A DNA stretch of 63,746 bases, counting the filler, from Craspedostauros australis (taxonomy: Eukaryota): NCBI GenBank assembly GCA_030167865.1. It is 9 parts of 9 records of this genome, joined end to end, with 100 filler letters (N's around TTAATTAATTAA, not from the genome) between each part and the next. Parts side by side here need not be neighbours in the genome. Positions count along the whole stretch, not along the records: positions 12,671 to 28,782 come from JALAGF010003396.1; 8 more parts are not named here. One strand, given 5' to 3'. This document shows positions 12,671-25,100 of the stretch, one piece after another. Every line of letters starts with the position of its first letter. The first letter of the stretch is position 1. The position numbers and the translations under genes were made by a program. The notes under the pieces were generated by a model. That model did not search any database and was not told the origin of the DNA. It saw nothing but the letters and a program-made list of their open reading frames with translations.

Positions 12671-13244
12671 CGCAACCGCAACCGCAACCGAAGCTACTTC
12701 CGCATCCACATCCGCATCCACGCCCATCAAGTTCCGAAAATACCAGGCCAACCAATGGGAACAGCGGTACCATGAGCTCGTCCAGTACCAAAAGCAGCAC
12801 GGGCACTGCCTCGTCGATCCAAACGACAGCAAAACGCTCTCGCACTGGATCAAGCGACAGCGCTTCCAGTACAAGCAGAAGATGGATGGCAACCATTCCA
12901 CACTCACGGATGGCAGGCAGAGCAAGTTGCAGGCGCTCGGCTTCGTGTGGGACACTCATGAGGCCGCTTGGGAGTTCCATTTCCGAGAGCTCATCGACTT
13001 TCAGAAGGCGACAGGGCACACGAATGTCCCCACTCAGTATGCGCCAAACCCACCGCTCGGTATCTGGGTGAAGGGACAGCGCCGGCAATATCGGTTGCAT
13101 TCAATTGGCAAGAAGTCGACACTGACCGCCGTGCGCGTCGAGCGCCTGAATGCGATGGGCTTCGTCTGGGCCATCCGCGCATCTCGCATGACTCGTTCAT
13201 CATCTGGCTCGTCTGGATCTTCCAAGTCGTCGGGATCGTCGTAA
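12671..13244 (+). CDS. 3' part of HA-domain protein A (redundant copy, 5'-truncated at contig start)
   Basis: Mirror of 7784..8357; ends ...SSKSSGSS*. Confidence 0.85.
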
Positions 13245-14011
13245 AGCAACCGCTGAAGTGGCATTCCCATGTCGCTGGCGCTTGCGCTGACGGCGGCTGT
13301 GGCGGGAGACGATGGCACCGGCACCTACACCGACACAACACAGCAGAACGGTGACCATGTCCGAGTACACAAATGGATTCAGACGTATGCAGACACATCC
13401 AGATACTCTACTCGACACTCTATATAGAACATCAATTTTGATTATATCCTCTCACTTGTCCACACAATCAAACGCGAGTGTAGACACTCATACACACAAG
13501 CTCATCTGTATGGTGTACGTATGCCACCTGTGGACGGTCACAGAGCGTGGCCTGTCCGGTACTTGTGCTGCTATCACCATCGTTACGTCGAGGTGCCGTG
13601 AATCAGCTACGCCGCCATGCTGTAGGTACCCTAATTTCTCTTCAGCTCCTCTCTCTCTCTCTCTCTTCTCTCCTTCCATCTCGTCTCGATCTCCGCGCTG
13701 CCACACCCTCGCTCCGCGTCCCTTCATTTCGATCGGAGCTGGTCCGCCCGTTCTCTCGTCGCTTGGCTCTGCCTCAATCTGCGGCGGATCCCTGGGTGAT
13801 CCTACGGCAGACTTGCAGCAGAGCTCAGATGGGTTTGCGCTGGGTTGAGGCCACAGCGCAGCGACCACAACTCCGTGCCAGCTCACACGAGCACTCGTGG
13901 TCGTACCGTTTTGCGGAGAAGAATGGAGGTGGAAGGAGGAAAGCCAAACTCGCTTTTGGGACATGGATTCGCCATTCGCTTGTCGCTTTGTCCTCTTTGT
14001 TCGTTCTGTTG

Positions 14012-14043
<32 letters not shown>

Positions 14044-16044
14044 CCATCTGTTTAGCAGGCGGAAAACAGTCCACAGGATCTGCAAAAGGGACAGAAGGTT
14101 CACTTCGCCGGAGAAGGTCTTCTGTCTGCGTCATGTTTGTCGATGAGAACCACCGAGTTCGGCCACGTTTCAAGTTTCTGTTGTTCCCTTCTCGTTCGTT
14201 CCTGTTCGCATCCGTCCTTGTGCTCCCACGTTCGTACATGTCTGTGTGGTGTTGTGGCTTGCAGCTTCATGTCTGTGCAAGTACTGGTACGCACTCGCAC
14301 ATACTTGTACCGTACGTGTCTGCGAGCAAACTGATGCGAAGTTGCCCCGCACAAGACCACAAATAGGAGAGAATGTCCGATCGCGGATTTCTGAGTTTGG
14401 GGACAAGTTGTGATGCAGTTTGGGGACCAACAACACTGTCCCCATCACCACGTGCCATACCCGCATACTCAGTGGTAGCGACCGTAATCTAAGCTAATCA
14501 CAAACGACGAACTGTTCTCCATGTGTGACAGAGAGCGCAAGTAAGAGTGACCTGCAAGCGACGAGGACTGCGGGTATACGAACACTCGTATGTGCAATGG
14601 AGTCCACTGGAGCAACAAGGATAACTGTAGACCAGAGAACATGGGATACTATGGAGTTCAACGAGAGTGGAGGAAACCTGACCTCGAGTCGAGTCGAGTG
14701 AAGTGGTGTAGACGAGTGCTGCACGTTTGCTTGTCGAAGACTTGGAGTTGAGCAGAGTATCATCTTCGTGAGAGTACCTGTTGCTGTCTTTACCATCGTT
14801 GCTGTCGTTCTTGTCATTGCTGTGGCGGTCATTCGAGTTGGTAAGAGTGCGATTTGCAGCACATTGCAACTTCCGAGAGAAGAACGTCGACCAATCCACA
14901 GCATCTGCACTCATCTGAGAAGACACCTGCCTCTTGGGGTGGCTGATGTGAGAACATCATCGACGACCGCCGTGTCCGCAGACGTGAGCATCGTCATCAT
15001 TCTACAGACATCAGAAAGGGGACCTGCAGCTTCAGCTCCAGACCCAACCTCAGACTTGTGTCCAGACCCAAGCGCATCGGAGAGATCTCTTTGGTGGAGA
15101 AAGAGAAGGAGGACGAAGAGAAGGACGAAGAGAACGATGAAGAGACGAGACCCGAAACAGCGGAGATGCGCGCAGACACATTGTTTCTGTTCACCTCTTG
15201 CAGTTCGGGTTGGATCATTGGCTTGATGCTTTCCACGTCCCACAACAGCGTGTCGACAACAACGCTAGCAACAGCAGTGAGGCCGCACAGTATCTGCAAA
15301 GCGATGAACCCGGGTTGTGTTGTCTGGAATCTATCGGTCGAATAGTTGTTCGTGTCACTCCGATGACGAACGGCGTTGTGTCCGTACTACAACTCTTCGA
15401 TGTTCTCCTCATGCGCAGGTGCAGCACTTGTATTGCAGTGGATTGCAGTTGGTCGTTTTGTTTCGCATTGTATTTGATTTCTACCTTTCGCTGGTATTAC
15501 ACTTATGACGATGCGTCACATGACCCCCAACACTTAATACCCAACACGGCATCGGGGCAACGTGGCATAAACAGAACCCTCATGTGACGTGGCGAATGGT
15601 AGCATCATCCTTCACACACGCAACCACAACCACGTACATTCTCGTACCGCGAAAAAATACACACACACGATACGAGCACGAAGCACAACGGAGTTTTTGT
15701 GTGGCACAAAGGCCACTGCCGCCTTTCTCCCTGTTTCACCGATCACAGAACCATCACAGAACCATCACAGAACCACCACAGGACAACACAACAAGAGATC
15801 TCACAAAAAGACCCTCACCACAGGATTCTCACAATTTACAGACACATCACAGCATCACATCATCACATCACACCAAAACAGATCGCCACATCGGACCACC
15901 ACGCACAACTAATCACGTACTCACAATCGGCAACACCACGATTGCACCAGTATCCTGATCTTCCTGTCTCGTGACCGTGAAGACATGACCAAATACAGCA
16001 TTGCTGTCAACACCATCAAGCAGAACAAGTGAACGAACTCCAGC

Positions 16045-17661
16045 ATGGATGGCATGATGATCGGTGCAGTGGGCGACGGCGTGGTGGATATCAACATCGG
16101 TATCGCAACATATCCAAACATCACTATGGACCTCGCTCTCGGCCGTGGTTCTCGATCTGGTATCGATATCGACGCCGACGTCGACACCAACACCGGCCCA
16201 ACCAACAGCAGTGCAGTCGGCAGCAACCCATTGGAACCAGCGCCCATCGGCTGCAATTCCACCCGAGTGGTCCACTCCGTGGGGCTCATGGACACTTTCG
16301 CGAATCATGACCGCCATCATATCCAAGATATCCACCAGGTCCTCCGCCCATTTGATTGCTCCCAGCATCACACCGATGAGCCACCACAGCATGAGTGCGA
16401 TTGGGAGAGGCATTTCGAGTGCTCCATTTCAGCATCAACAATCGATGCGGATTTGGAGACGACGGAAATCGCAAGCAGAAACGGTGGCCAACACGAGAGC
16501 GAGGTTGATGGCCTATGCGCCATCATGGAGAGAGAGCCTATCAACGAAGCGGTCGGCATGAATGAGGCGTGCGATTTCGCTGGCGTGAGAGAACTCTTGG
16601 ACGACTTCGGAGACTTCGAGGACGAACTCAATGGAGACTTCGATGGAGGATTCGATGATGCATTGCTCCCTCATACATGTGGCAGCAATCGCGGCGATAC
16701 CAACGACGCTGACTCCATCGGTATCATCGACTTCGATGTCGACTTCGATATCGGCAGCATTTATGACACCAACCAATCCGTGACGAAGCACATGACGCCA
16801 CATCAACACACGTCCACCGCAGTGCTTGAGATGTGCCGTCAACCAAACATGGAACCACATGCTGCAACGACTGCTGCTGCTCAATGCATTTGGACTTCAC
16901 CGCGAATAGGATCGTCGATCACAGCACCAGCGGCGGTAGCCACAACAATGACGCACAGATCGCAGGCGAAGATAAGAGCAAGGACAGCCACAAGGCCGAA
17001 GACCAAAACGAGGGCCGCCAAGAACGTTTCCAAGACACCTCGAACAACCAAACACGCTCCGGGCAATGGCAGCAGCGGTATCAACGGCAGCAACAATAGC
17101 AACGGCAAGAACCTCGTCAAGTTCCGGCACTATCAGTCCAGCCAATGGAGCGTCAAGTACCAACAGCTCGTTCGCTTCCACAGGCAGCACAATCACTGCC
17201 TCGTCGAAGCGAAGGACGACAAGACTCTCTTTCACTGGGTCAAGCGCCAACGATGCCAGTACAAGCAGAAGCAGGAGGGGCGTCACTCCACTCTCACTGA
17301 TGAACGACAAGGAAAGCTGCGGCAGCTCGGCTTTGTGTGGGACTCTCACGATGAGGCCTGGGAGAGGCGGTTCAGCGATCTCATGCTGTACAAGGCAAAG
17401 CACGGCCACACGAATGTTCCCACGATGTACAGCGACAATCCTTCGTTGGGAATCTGGGCAAAGAGTCAACGCCGTCAGTACCGGCTGCATTGCAACGGGC
17501 AGAAGTCCACGATGACCACCAAACGCATGGATCGACTGAATGCGGTTGGCTTTCCGTGGATGGTGCGTCCTACGCCGATGGGAGCCATCAAGGAGACATT
17601 TGGGTCGGCTGTTGTCGGCGATCTGGTGGGTTTGTATGGGACTGTCGGGCAGGCAAGGTAG
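16045..17661 (+). CDS. HA-domain protein B (538 aa)
   Basis: Acidic low-complexity N-terminus, basic linker, two HA repeats at the C-terminus; intronless ORF. Confidence 0.87.
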   Translation: MDGMMIGAVGDGVVDINIGIATYPNITMDLALGRGSRSGIDIDADVDTNTGPTNSSAVGSNPLEPAPIGCNSTRVVHSVGLMDTFANHDRHHIQDIHQVLRPFDCSQHHTDEPPQHECDWERHFECSISASTIDADLETTEIASRNGGQHESEVDGLCAIMEREPINEAVGMNEACDFAGVRELLDDFGDFEDELNGDFDGGFDDALLPHTCGSNRGDTNDADSIGIIDFDVDFDIGSIYDTNQSVTKHMTPHQHTSTAVLEMCRQPNMEPHAATTAAAQCIWTSPRIGSSITAPAAVATTMTHRSQAKIRARTATRPKTKTRAAKNVSKTPRTTKHAPGNGSSGINGSNNSNGKNLVKFRHYQSSQWSVKYQQLVRFHRQHNHCLVEAKDDKTLFHWVKRQRCQYKQKQEGRHSTLTDERQGKLRQLGFVWDSHDEAWERRFSDLMLYKAKHGHTNVPTMYSDNPSLGIWAKSQRRQYRLHCNGQKSTMTTKRMDRLNAVGFPWMVRPTPMGAIKETFGSAVVGDLVGLYGTVGQAR

Positions 17662-19549
17662 GCACGGAGTCGACGAGCTGATCAACTGGCCAGCGCATGC
17701 ATACATGCATGTATGTACATGACCACAGCAACACGAATACATATTATACATAACGAAGTACCGACATAGCACTGCATAAATTCATGGAATAGAGTATTCG
17801 TGTGCTAGAGTTGAGTTGAGTGGAGTTGAGCGGAGTACGTAGAGTGGATGCGTCGATACTTGCGCAGGGATTGTGAGACTGGTTAGGGTAGTCCATGAAT
17901 GCTGGTGAGGCGGAGAGATGAACAGGTCCAGGTAATACACGCGCCACGCGACCCGTCTGTAACCCATTGCGGTGGCGTGAATACGATGGTGACGATGGCG
18001 ATGGGATAGGATCAAGGGAGGTCACACAGTATCGCACACTCAACAACGGCGATGTAGTGTGGCGCTATATCGCATTGCGCGTGGAACGGGGCGTGACTAT
18101 GCACCAGGTCGAATCGCATCGCATCACATTGCATCGCATCACATTGCATCGCATCGCACCGTCAAGTACCACATTGCACGTCACTGCACAGATTCAGAAC
18201 GGCTGGCGAATCTGCGGTGTTTTTTGCGTTGCACTTCGGATGTGGGCGCTGCGGTTGTCGAGATTTATTCTTCTGCTCATGATCTCGATGGTATGTCTAT
18301 GCCACCGTCAGTGAATAGTAGAGGATGGCCGCTTCGCACCTTGCGAAAGTTGGGCGCGATACGCAACCAACCCACTCGTTCTCACAGGTCCATCAATGGT
18401 GGAAATTATCGGCGGTAGTGTCACTATCATCGGTAACTCTTTGCGTATTCCATTCCGCTGCTATCGATGCCGACGCCGATGCCGACGTTGAACTGCCGCC
18501 CATCAGGATCTTGCTCCCATTCCTACTCTGCCCCGTCGTCGTATGCCACAACCACCATCGAGGAAATGCGATGCTGTGATGCTGCATTTCTGACGGCTGT
18601 CTGCGTCCACTCTGTTGCCGTCGGTTGGATTGACACGCTGATGCCAGTACGAGTAGAGTGTCGACCGTCATCGTTGGCTGCACGTCGCTTGTGCGCATGT
18701 TGGATTCGTCCCATGCTTTCGCGCCGCATCGTAAGATCCATGGCATTGCGTTGCATCCCATTGCGTCTCATCCCGTCGCGTTGCGGTGCTTGTTCGGGCG
18801 TCTTCCCACCCATCTAAAAATGTGAGGGAAAGTCATTTTCGAGGCGGAAATGGACCTTGGCGAAAGAAAGTGGTTTACGGGATCGGAGTTGGCGAGACAC
18901 GCAACAACGCCGCAAAGTAGGGTTCTGGTTGGGTTCGGTGGGGACTGCGTGGTTGTGGGACTGTGTTGATACGTCAGATTGTGTTGTGAGGTGTCGGGGA
19001 TGTTCGCAATCGTTATGCAATTCGATGCGTGGAACACAAAGAGCATACTCAGAGCAGATCAAGACGTGCAGAAGACGCTCTCAACGGAGATATCGAAGGC
19101 AGATGATGTTCGCCGGGCGGGGATCGGGTAGAGTTCGGGTTGCAGTTGATGGCTTTGTTGTGTGTAATTTCGCTGTCGTGTTGAGGTTGCTAAATGTTGA
19201 ACACGTCTGAAGAGCAGATGGGTCATTGCGTTAAATACTATGTTGTCACATCGGATGATTTGTATGTTCTTTGGTTGCGTTTCGACTAGTCCAATGGGTC
19301 ATATGTGTCGTTCCCGTGCTTCATTTATCCGAGTTCGTTGTTGCGGAGTCGGTTCTGTGGTGTTGGTTTGTTCGTTGATCCGTGTTGTGCGTTGGTGTGC
19401 TGTGTGATGTGTGTGATGTGTGTGATGTGTGTGATGGGCGGTCGTGCGAGTGCAAGCAAGAGCAAAATTACGCAGATTGATTGACGTGACTGGGGTCGCT
19501 TCCACATTTTGTTGGTCTGGTCACGCCGATCACAACCTGCTTTGGGCAG

Positions 19550-21166
19550 ATGCCTCATTCCTCTGACACCTTCATGCTCACAATTTCAAATCCATCCGGA
19601 TCCAAATCCAGCCCACAATCACACACAATCACCCCGCAAGCGCACTCCCCTATCGCTCACAGTCACGTAAGAAGCTCATCAGAACTGCACAGCGAAAACC
19701 AGAAGCGAAAGCAGAAAGTCGAAAACCGAGCAACCGCCAATTCCATCCACCCGACCTGCACCAACCCACATCAACCAACAGCAATCCACATCAACGACGA
19801 CAACAACGCCGCCATGATGATGTTCACACCAACTTCCACACAATACAAGCACAGCAACACCATAGTCACCACATCCGACAACGATGTCTTCTTTCCAGTC
19901 GACAGCGCAACCATGACGATGAACATGACCACCGCCATGAACATGAACGGCATGGTGCGCAACCAGAAGAGGAAATCCCATCATGATCACGACGAGGATG
20001 TCGGCCCGGATCCCATCCAGTACACAGGAATGCGCATCGTCAACGAGGTTCGATTGGAGGACACGTTCGGCCAATGCCGCAACTCCAACGCCAACGCAGA
20101 AATCGGCGCCACCATGGACAACGACTGCACGTGCGACGCTTCGTGCGGTTCGGCAGTCCCAATGCATGAAGTCGAGACCTTCCTGCGATCGCTGTTCCGA
20201 GAAGACGCGTACCACCGCAGTCCCGCATCCGTTGCAACCGACGGGTCAACCAACACCAGCCCTCCGCAAGGTCGAAGCGTCCACGTCGAATGCAACAACG
20301 AGCCGATTGACGCATTCACTGATGTCCGTCATTTCTTGGTGGACATGGAGGCGGGTGTCAACAGCAATGCCAGCAACATCAGCAGCAGCAGCAACAGCAG
20401 CAGCATCAGCAACAGCGGAAACGACCATTGCCGTGACGGCGACGCGAGTCTGATCGGATTCCATGCCGACATGGACATGTTCAATTCCCATCATTCCTTG
20501 CTGTGCTCCACATCTGCACCATCGTCGACTTCGATGACATCGGCGACATCCCCACCTCCATCCAAGATACGAAGAGTGATCAGCGACACGAGAATCTCGC
20601 CGACATCCACCAAGGCTGCGCCCTTTGCACCATTCCACAACCACCACAACGCAGCATCACCAATCAAATTCCGCAAGTACCAAGCTGACCAGTGGGAGGC
20701 ACGATACCACGAGCTCATCCAGTACCGCGAGACGCACGGTCATTGCCTCGTCGATTCCAACACGGACCGCACCCTGTCCCACTGGATCAAGCGACAGCGT
20801 TGCCAGTACAAGCTGAAGCAGGACGGCAATCACACCACGCTGACCGACGAACGGCAGAGCAAGCTGGAGTCCCTGGGTTTCGTGTGGGATTCGCACGAGG
20901 TTGCCTGGGAGTACCGGTACCAGGACCTGCTCGCCTTCAAGGCCAGAACCGGTCACACCAACGTGCCCACGGTGTACAGCAACAACCCGTCGCTGGGCAT
21001 CTGGGTGAAGGGACAGCGGCGGCAGTACCGCCTGCACAGCAGCGGGCAACGATCCACGCTGACGGCGAAGAGGATCAACCGGCTGCGCGACGTCGACTTC
21101 CAGTGGGTGTCACCATCCATGGTGAACCGCGCGCCGTTCCCCACACGAGTCGGCCTCGCAGCGTGA
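19550..21166 (+). CDS. HA-domain protein C (up to 538 aa; alternative start 19814 in GCCGCCATG context)
   Basis: Two HA repeats: QWEARYHELIQYRETHGHCLV...HWIKRQR...LGFVWDS and AWEYRYQDLLAFKARTGHTNVP...LGIWVKGQRRQY...VDFQW. Confidence 0.87.
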   Translation: MPHSSDTFMLTISNPSGSKSSPQSHTITPQAHSPIAHSHVRSSSELHSENQKRKQKVENRATANSIHPTCTNPHQPTAIHINDDNNAAMMMFTPTSTQYKHSNTIVTTSDNDVFFPVDSATMTMNMTTAMNMNGMVRNQKRKSHHDHDEDVGPDPIQYTGMRIVNEVRLEDTFGQCRNSNANAEIGATMDNDCTCDASCGSAVPMHEVETFLRSLFREDAYHRSPASVATDGSTNTSPPQGRSVHVECNNEPIDAFTDVRHFLVDMEAGVNSNASNISSSSNSSSISNSGNDHCRDGDASLIGFHADMDMFNSHHSLLCSTSAPSSTSMTSATSPPPSKIRRVISDTRISPTSTKAAPFAPFHNHHNAASPIKFRKYQADQWEARYHELIQYRETHGHCLVDSNTDRTLSHWIKRQRCQYKLKQDGNHTTLTDERQSKLESLGFVWDSHEVAWEYRYQDLLAFKARTGHTNVPTVYSNNPSLGIWVKGQRRQYRLHSSGQRSTLTAKRINRLRDVDFQWVSPSMVNRAPFPTRVGLAA

Positions 21167-22182
21167 AGTCATCGTCCGCTTACACAGTTTTGACATTGTA
21201 CAGATAGGTAGGATAATCATGATAGCCTCAAAGAGATAATGGTTTGCATACAGCAGCTCAAGCATCATGGAATGGAACGCCATCTTTCAGCACTATGCTA
21301 CGTCCGCGCCTGCACCGAACCTCGCTGCTCGTCCATCCATCCATCTGTCTATCCGTCTTGCGCATGATACAAAGCGAAACCGACGGCGACGCGACGACGT
21401 TTCTGCATCGGACAGGATGGAAGACTGAGGCCGGTCCTTGTGCGCATTCGTCCACCTTGACCCGCAAGATCCGTAGCGCGGGCTTGCTTCACGCAGGGGA
21501 TGCTACCCGACTTGGCCACCCTTCTATTACACCACAGATCAAGCTGGGCAGAAGTACCTGCTCGCACGAGCACGAATGATCTGCCGATCTCTTTGGCCAA
21601 AATAGGCATGATGAATAGTCAATTCGAATACTTTTCTGTTGGTACCTGCGGAGTTTTCTCAAAGAAACGGGATCAAACGGGAATGGAATATTGAAAGCTG
21701 CGGCATTATACAATTACTGTTAAACTTCACAACGAAAGAGAAGCAATGTGTGTTTGACATAATAATAACGCCATATTAACGTATATGGCCGTTGATAGAT
21801 GAGACATGGATGTGACCAAAAATAACCCGGATGTTGAGCACGTGCATGAGGACAGACTGTATTGGGGACAAAATAAAATGGCGCGTTTTTGTGTTGTTGG
21901 CGTTGCTCTTTTCTCTTCGTTTGTCTCCGTGTTGTGTTGTGGCGACAGACATTGCTGGATTGAGTTCTGTCTTCCGTTTGGTCTTGTTGTTGTTGATGTT
22001 GTTCTCGTCTGTCAGAAGCCATCGACCAGACGGACATGGACCTTTGATCGAAAGCTCTGGACCAAGGCGGGGGAAAGGCAACCAGCCGCAAGGACCGGAA
22101 CACGATTGATGGGAAGCAGCAGCGCAGAGCACGATCAGAAACGCGATTGGCGACGCTGGTGAGAACAAGAAGTCGCAGCAGC

Positions 22183-25100
22183 ATGCCGCTTTCCGTTTCG
22201 GCAGAAGAATGGGATGATAGCAATGATAACAATGTCAGCACTGGCATGAGTATCAGCATCAGCAACAAGAGCAAGAGCAGCAGCCGCTACAGCCGCAACG
22301 ACGCGACGGACAGCGATTCGGGTGGTCGGGACCATCAGGATCATAATTTCCCACTTCGGACCCGCGCGACAGCTGCAGTTGGAGTGGACGAAGCAGGAAG
22401 CAGCAGCTACGAGAACACGGGAGACAGCGCCAGCAACCACAGCACTAGCAGCACCCACAGCAGGGACGACCAGAACTTCTACAAGAGCATTCTGCAATCC
22501 GCCATGGGCCCTCAATCCATCAAGGCGTACGAATATCTCTTCATTGATGAGTTTGGCGGTCGCAAAGACAGCGACGACGACAACAAAGACAACAACGATG
22601 ATGCGGATACCAACGAGGACGACGACAACTTCACCAACTTGGTGTCTTCCGTGTCCAGCCGGGCGGGAGCGCTCAGCAGCAAGTGCAGCGCGGCGCCGTC
22701 GTCGATCACCATGCCGACAGTTCTGCAGCAGATTGGCAGTCCCAGGCGCAACATGTCGGCGCTGCCCAGCGTCGTCGTGCAACCCTCGACAGGAAAGAAG
22801 AACAAGGGCGTCTCCAAACCCAATGTGATGGAGGGGGTGGAGATGCTGATCAAGAGCCAGCTGTCCGATGACGCGTCCATCGTCTCGCCCTTGGTTTCCA
22901 TCGATCATGCCGTGGAAGAGGAGCTCCAGAAGGTGCTTCTGACGACCAGTACGGAGAAGTTTATCGAATCGGAGCCTCCGACGGATCTCATAGATACGGA
23001 CAATCCCACGCCCAAGCAATCCAACATGAACACGACGAGGGAGTCTGCGGCATTATCGTTCCGAGAGAGTGAGCGCGTCGATTCCACCACGCCTGGTGCT
23101 CCTATTGCTACTGCTACCGCTACTGCCACCAAGGATCCAAATGTCACTCCCACCAACGAACTCAACAAGGAATCATCGCCATCGTTGCAACGGATACTCT
23201 TTGGAAATCGTCAGATGCTGGAGCTTGACAATAACGACTCGCCTGGACAGTCCACAGACTCCACGCCGTTGTCCTTGTCGGTGCATGGCGATGCCGCGGG
23301 ACAAAGAGCAACGGCACCGGCACATGAAGATGCCCATCCCATTGATGGTGAGCATGAGCCACCAAATCACGTGGACGAATCGCCGGATCGCAGCAGGTCG
23401 GCGGGATCGCTGTCATTCTCTTTCTCCCGAGTTTCGTCAGATGCGGAGCTGGAACGGTTTCTCGATGAGCAGCTGGAACAGCGAGAGTATTCTGGTGCGC
23501 AGATACCGGATGTGACGGAGAGCGACTCGACCGCCAAATCATGGAAGAGCAGGCTCAGGGAGGTCTCGGCTCGCAACTCGAAGCTTGGGGCAGATCTCAG
23601 CGACTTGCTTGGCGCCGGGCGTGAGCACCGAATGGCGGATAAGGAGCAGCTGCAGAAAGAGCAGGATGGCCACCATGGGGGCGATTACGTGACCATCTCT
23701 GGTGGGGATGCCAGGTATCGGGATGAAATCGACAAGCAAAGTCAGAGAATCCAGCAACTGGAGGCAGAAAACAGCGACTTCCAAAGAGCCATCGAGCAAT
23801 TGAACAAGCAGCTTGAAGAGAAGGAGCAACAACTGGAGAGAAAGGACAAGGGCATGGTTCTACAGCTGCGGGAGCTGGAGGATCTGCGCAAGCAACGGGA
23901 AGACGATGTGCGCCGATGGAGATGGCAAAGCGACATCATGGGGAATCAAGAATTCAAGTCCGCCATGGACGATCCACCACCCACCACGCCGGCTTCTGAT
24001 GGCGCAATGATAGTTTCCGGCGAAGCCAATCCTCCGTTCTCAACCTTCGCGCTCGCGATGGCCAAATCCGGCCAGGAAGGCGACAAGCTGGAACTCGAGC
24101 TGGAGCAGGAGCGCCGGATGGCACTGCAGGTCCGAGTCGTGGAGCTGGAGCGAGAGTTGGCGAATGCAAGGCAAGTGACTGCGCCCATCAATGTCACCAC
24201 GAGCAGCGCCAACGCTCGCGTGCAGTGGGAAGACTCCACCGATGGCGAGTCCTTGATGCGATCCAAGAGTCTGGACTACTCCCAACGGTCCACCTCCAGG
24301 CTGAACGATTCGACAGTGTTCGTGGAGCTGGAGATTTCTCAGGCCCAGGTCAAAGAAACCACCGAGCTACTAAAAGGCACGCAACGAGATCTCGTCCAAG
24401 CGAACAAAAGCATGCAAAAATGGAAGGACAAGTACACCGAGGCTTCCATCACAATCGACGATTTGGAAAGAAGGATGGCGAGGAAGACTGCGAGCCATGC
24501 GGCCGAATTGCGACAGAAGGATGGCGAGCTCGAGCTCCTCAACCAGCAAGTTGCCGCCTTGCGACGTCAGCAAACCAAATTGGCGACCAGTCCTCAGCAC
24601 ATCCTGCACGATGGAAGCTTGATGCTTTCGCGGTCGGCGTCAAACGATTCGCCCGTCCTTCCTTTTGATGAAGTCGAGCAGGATATCTCCAATCACCCAC
24701 AGATGGATCAACCCTCACCGGCATCCTTCTCTCGGAATCAACTCGATATCTTCACTCCACGCAAGCAGCCGGTCGGCTTCGGGAACTTGGGGGATATTTC
24801 TCCCATCCACCCGGAATCGAACACTCCGATCGACATGTCCCAAATGAATCCGAGCTTCGATGTCAATTCAGAAGACTTTGACGAATACGGGGATCGCATC
24901 AGCGGAGTCAACCGCCAAGAGGAAAGGAGGGAGAACGAGTCGCTCAATATGGACATCGACGAGCTCATGCACGACATCCGACAAATGACGATGGAACGAA
25001 GCCAACTGTTGGAGGATATCAACGCCGACGAAGCAGATAGCCGTCCCGCAGCGTTGGAGGCGAATCCAGGGATATCTGTCGCCCTCGTGGTCAATTCGGA

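Larger units (their letters stand above)
12671..21027. repeat. 8357-bp reverse-complement duplicate of 1..8357 (overlapping contigs)
   Basis: The ORFs of 1..8357 recur mirrored with identical translations (x+y=21028); both ends checked by eye. Confidence 0.95.
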
